A DNA stretch of 63,013 nt, filler included, from Gonapodya sp. JEL0774 (lineage: Eukaryota), in assembly GCA_027604505.1 (NCBI GenBank). It is 40 parts of 40 records of this genome, joined end to end, with 100 filler letters (N's around TTAATTAATTAA, not from the genome) between each part and the next. Parts side by side here need not be neighbours in the genome. Positions count along the whole stretch, not along the records: positions 61,549 to 63,013 come from JADIIX010003103.1; 39 more parts are not named here. One strand, written 5' to 3'. A program made the position numbers and the translations under genes. Positions 61,560 to 63,013 of this stretch are shown in pieces. How positions within the stretch are numbered: the first letter of the stretch is position 1; each line of letters begins with the position of its first letter. The notes below the pieces were generated by a model, which ran no database searches, was not told the DNA's origin, and saw nothing but the letters and a program-made list of their open reading frames with translations.

Positions 61560-62922
61560 TAGGTGGTGATGGGATGGGATGAAGATCTTGAAACTTTTCG
61601 AAACCGCTGTCAGAATGGGGATGGGGATGAGGATGTATTTGGAGAATTGGAGAATCTGAAACTTGTTCAGGATGGGATGGGGATTGGGATGGGATGCAGG
61701 TTCTGAAAAACTTTACGAGATCCTGTTCAGGATGGGGATGGGGATGAGATAAGATGGGATCTGCATTCTGAAACTTTTCGAAAACTCTTTTGGGATGGGG
61801 ATGAGGATGGGATTGAGATTCTGAAACTTTTCGAAAGTTGTTCAGGATGGAGATGGGATGGGATGGATGATGGAGTATGATTTATATCACGTTCTCCGAA
61901 TTCCTTGTTTTCTCTTCATCTGTACAACAACATGACAATACAGGAACAACTGTAATGGAGTTGAATGGAGTTAAGCATGTCTCAATCGATGGAGTTGATG
62001 GACGCTGGAAATGGAGTCGAAATTGAGCTCAAAATGCTATCCACTGCCGAGAGTTGAGTTGAAATAACTCCTTTGAGAAAATCTGTTTTTGCCAAGCCTG
62101 TGCTTTTGCCTCCCTTCCTCTCCAATCCTGTTTTAAAGAAAAGATTCAGAGAGTATACATTCAGAGAAAGGAGTTATAGTGACTCCATTAAGGGAGAAAC
62201 GAGGCATATTCAAGAAAAGTCGACTCCATTTTCGAGGGCTATCAGCTCCACTGAATGCTTTTTACAACTCCATGACTGCCAATCTCAACTCCATTAAGAA
62301 AGCGTGCCATATAATAGTCAATTCATTATCTGTTCCTTTGTCATCAAGAAAAAACTACATCATGATTATAGAACTCCAGCATTTCTGCACCTCAGATCAA
62401 ACGTGCTGACCGCACTATCCGCTACACTATCGCAGATTGGAAAGGAGGAGTTTGAGAGATGGTTATGCTCCTCCTTGATGGCTACGCCTTATGTTGGCTA
62501 AAAACGTCATCCGCTTAAGCCACATTCTATTGATTGTGAAGGATGGTGATTGGAATGGGTTGACTAGAGATTCTGAAACTTTTCGAAATCTCACGCGGGA
62601 TGGAATGGGATGAGAGATTCTGAAAAACTTTTCGAAAACTCTTTCAGGATGGGGATGGGATGGGGATGGGGATGGGATGCAGGTTTGAAAATCTTTACGA
62701 GATCCTGTTCAGGATGGGGATGGGGATGAGATAAGATGGGATCTGCATTCTGAAACTTTTCGAAAACTCTTTTGGGATGGGGATGAGGATGGGATTGAGA
62801 TTCTGAAACTTTTCGAAAGTTGTTCAGGATGGGATGGATGATGGAGTATGATTTATATCACGTTCTCCGACTTCCTTATTTTCTCTTCATCTGTACAACA
62901 ACATGACAATACAGGAACAACT
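61560..62922. repeat. Two blocks of GGGAT/GGGGAT satellite alternating with CTGAAACTTTTCGAAA palindromes; ~260-bp direct repeat at 61686-61951 and 62669-62922
   Basis: Repeating ~45-60-bp units and near-identical long direct repeats visible in the sequence. Confidence 0.9.
61953..62296. mobile_element. Foldback/MITE-like segment with nested inverted repeats
   Basis: TAATGGAGTTGA (61953) / TCAACTCCATTA (62285); ATGGAGTTG (61989) / CAACTCCAT (62265); AAATGGAGTCGA (62009) / TCGACTCCATTT (62220). Confidence 0.55.
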
Positions 62923-63013
62923 TGCCAACTACTGGGAGACGAAGTTTCGCTGAGCGAAAGCGAAGCGGGGCTTCATTCTTTTGATTTTAAGAAGTGAAGG
63001 GGGTCATGCGAGC

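Noticed and set aside
61560..62840. CRISPR array (palindromic repeat plus spacers)
   Set aside because: Spacers are GGGAT microsatellite rather than unique sequence, repeats are heterogeneous, no cas genes, eukaryotic context.
62945..62959. Hairpin TTTCGCT-G-AGCGAAA as a Helitron 3' end
   Set aside because: No CTRR terminus at the expected distance downstream, and a single short palindrome is not enough.
1..63013. rRNA or intact tRNA genes, and prokaryotic defence systems
   Set aside because: None recognised by eye; the only tRNA-like stretch is the partial one inside the TRIM.

Overview
This is not a contiguous locus. It is about 40 separate ~1.47-1.49 kb contigs, sorted by decreasing length and joined by an artificial 100-nt linker (N44-TTAATTAATTAA-N44, stops in all six frames), so gene neighbourhood means something only within a contig. 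The contigs are intron-rich eukaryotic DNA with short GT-AG introns. Chitin synthase, a Zn2Cys6 factor, a WC-1-type LOV protein, DHCR24, FAM172/Arb2 and FBXO21-like genes suggest an early-diverging (chytrid-like) fungus; that assignment is inference. Most contigs hold partial housekeeping genes: TOM1/HUWE1, cyclin B, MAPKKK, NAE1/ULA1, DIS3L2, HRD3, TFB1, RUD3-like golgin, aldo-keto reductase, tetraspanin, thioesterase and SDR. Two contigs are decayed Ty1/copia clusters. The most striking structure is a complete 294-bp non-autonomous LTR element (TRIM-like) at 8115-8408, with 64-bp LTRs, a copia-type half-tRNA PBS, a PPT and a 5-bp TSD. It is inserted in a copia pol gene, and a solo LTR of the same family with its own TSD sits in a copia RT on another contig. 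Also notable: nested solo LTRs, a four-exon small membrane protein gene missed by the ORF track, an F-box-like/ankyrin family, a CpG-depleted SAM-domain contig, introns that run G-rich then C-rich, and a GGGAT/palindrome satellite interrupted by a foldback element. All assignments come from motif recognition by eye; no database searches were run.
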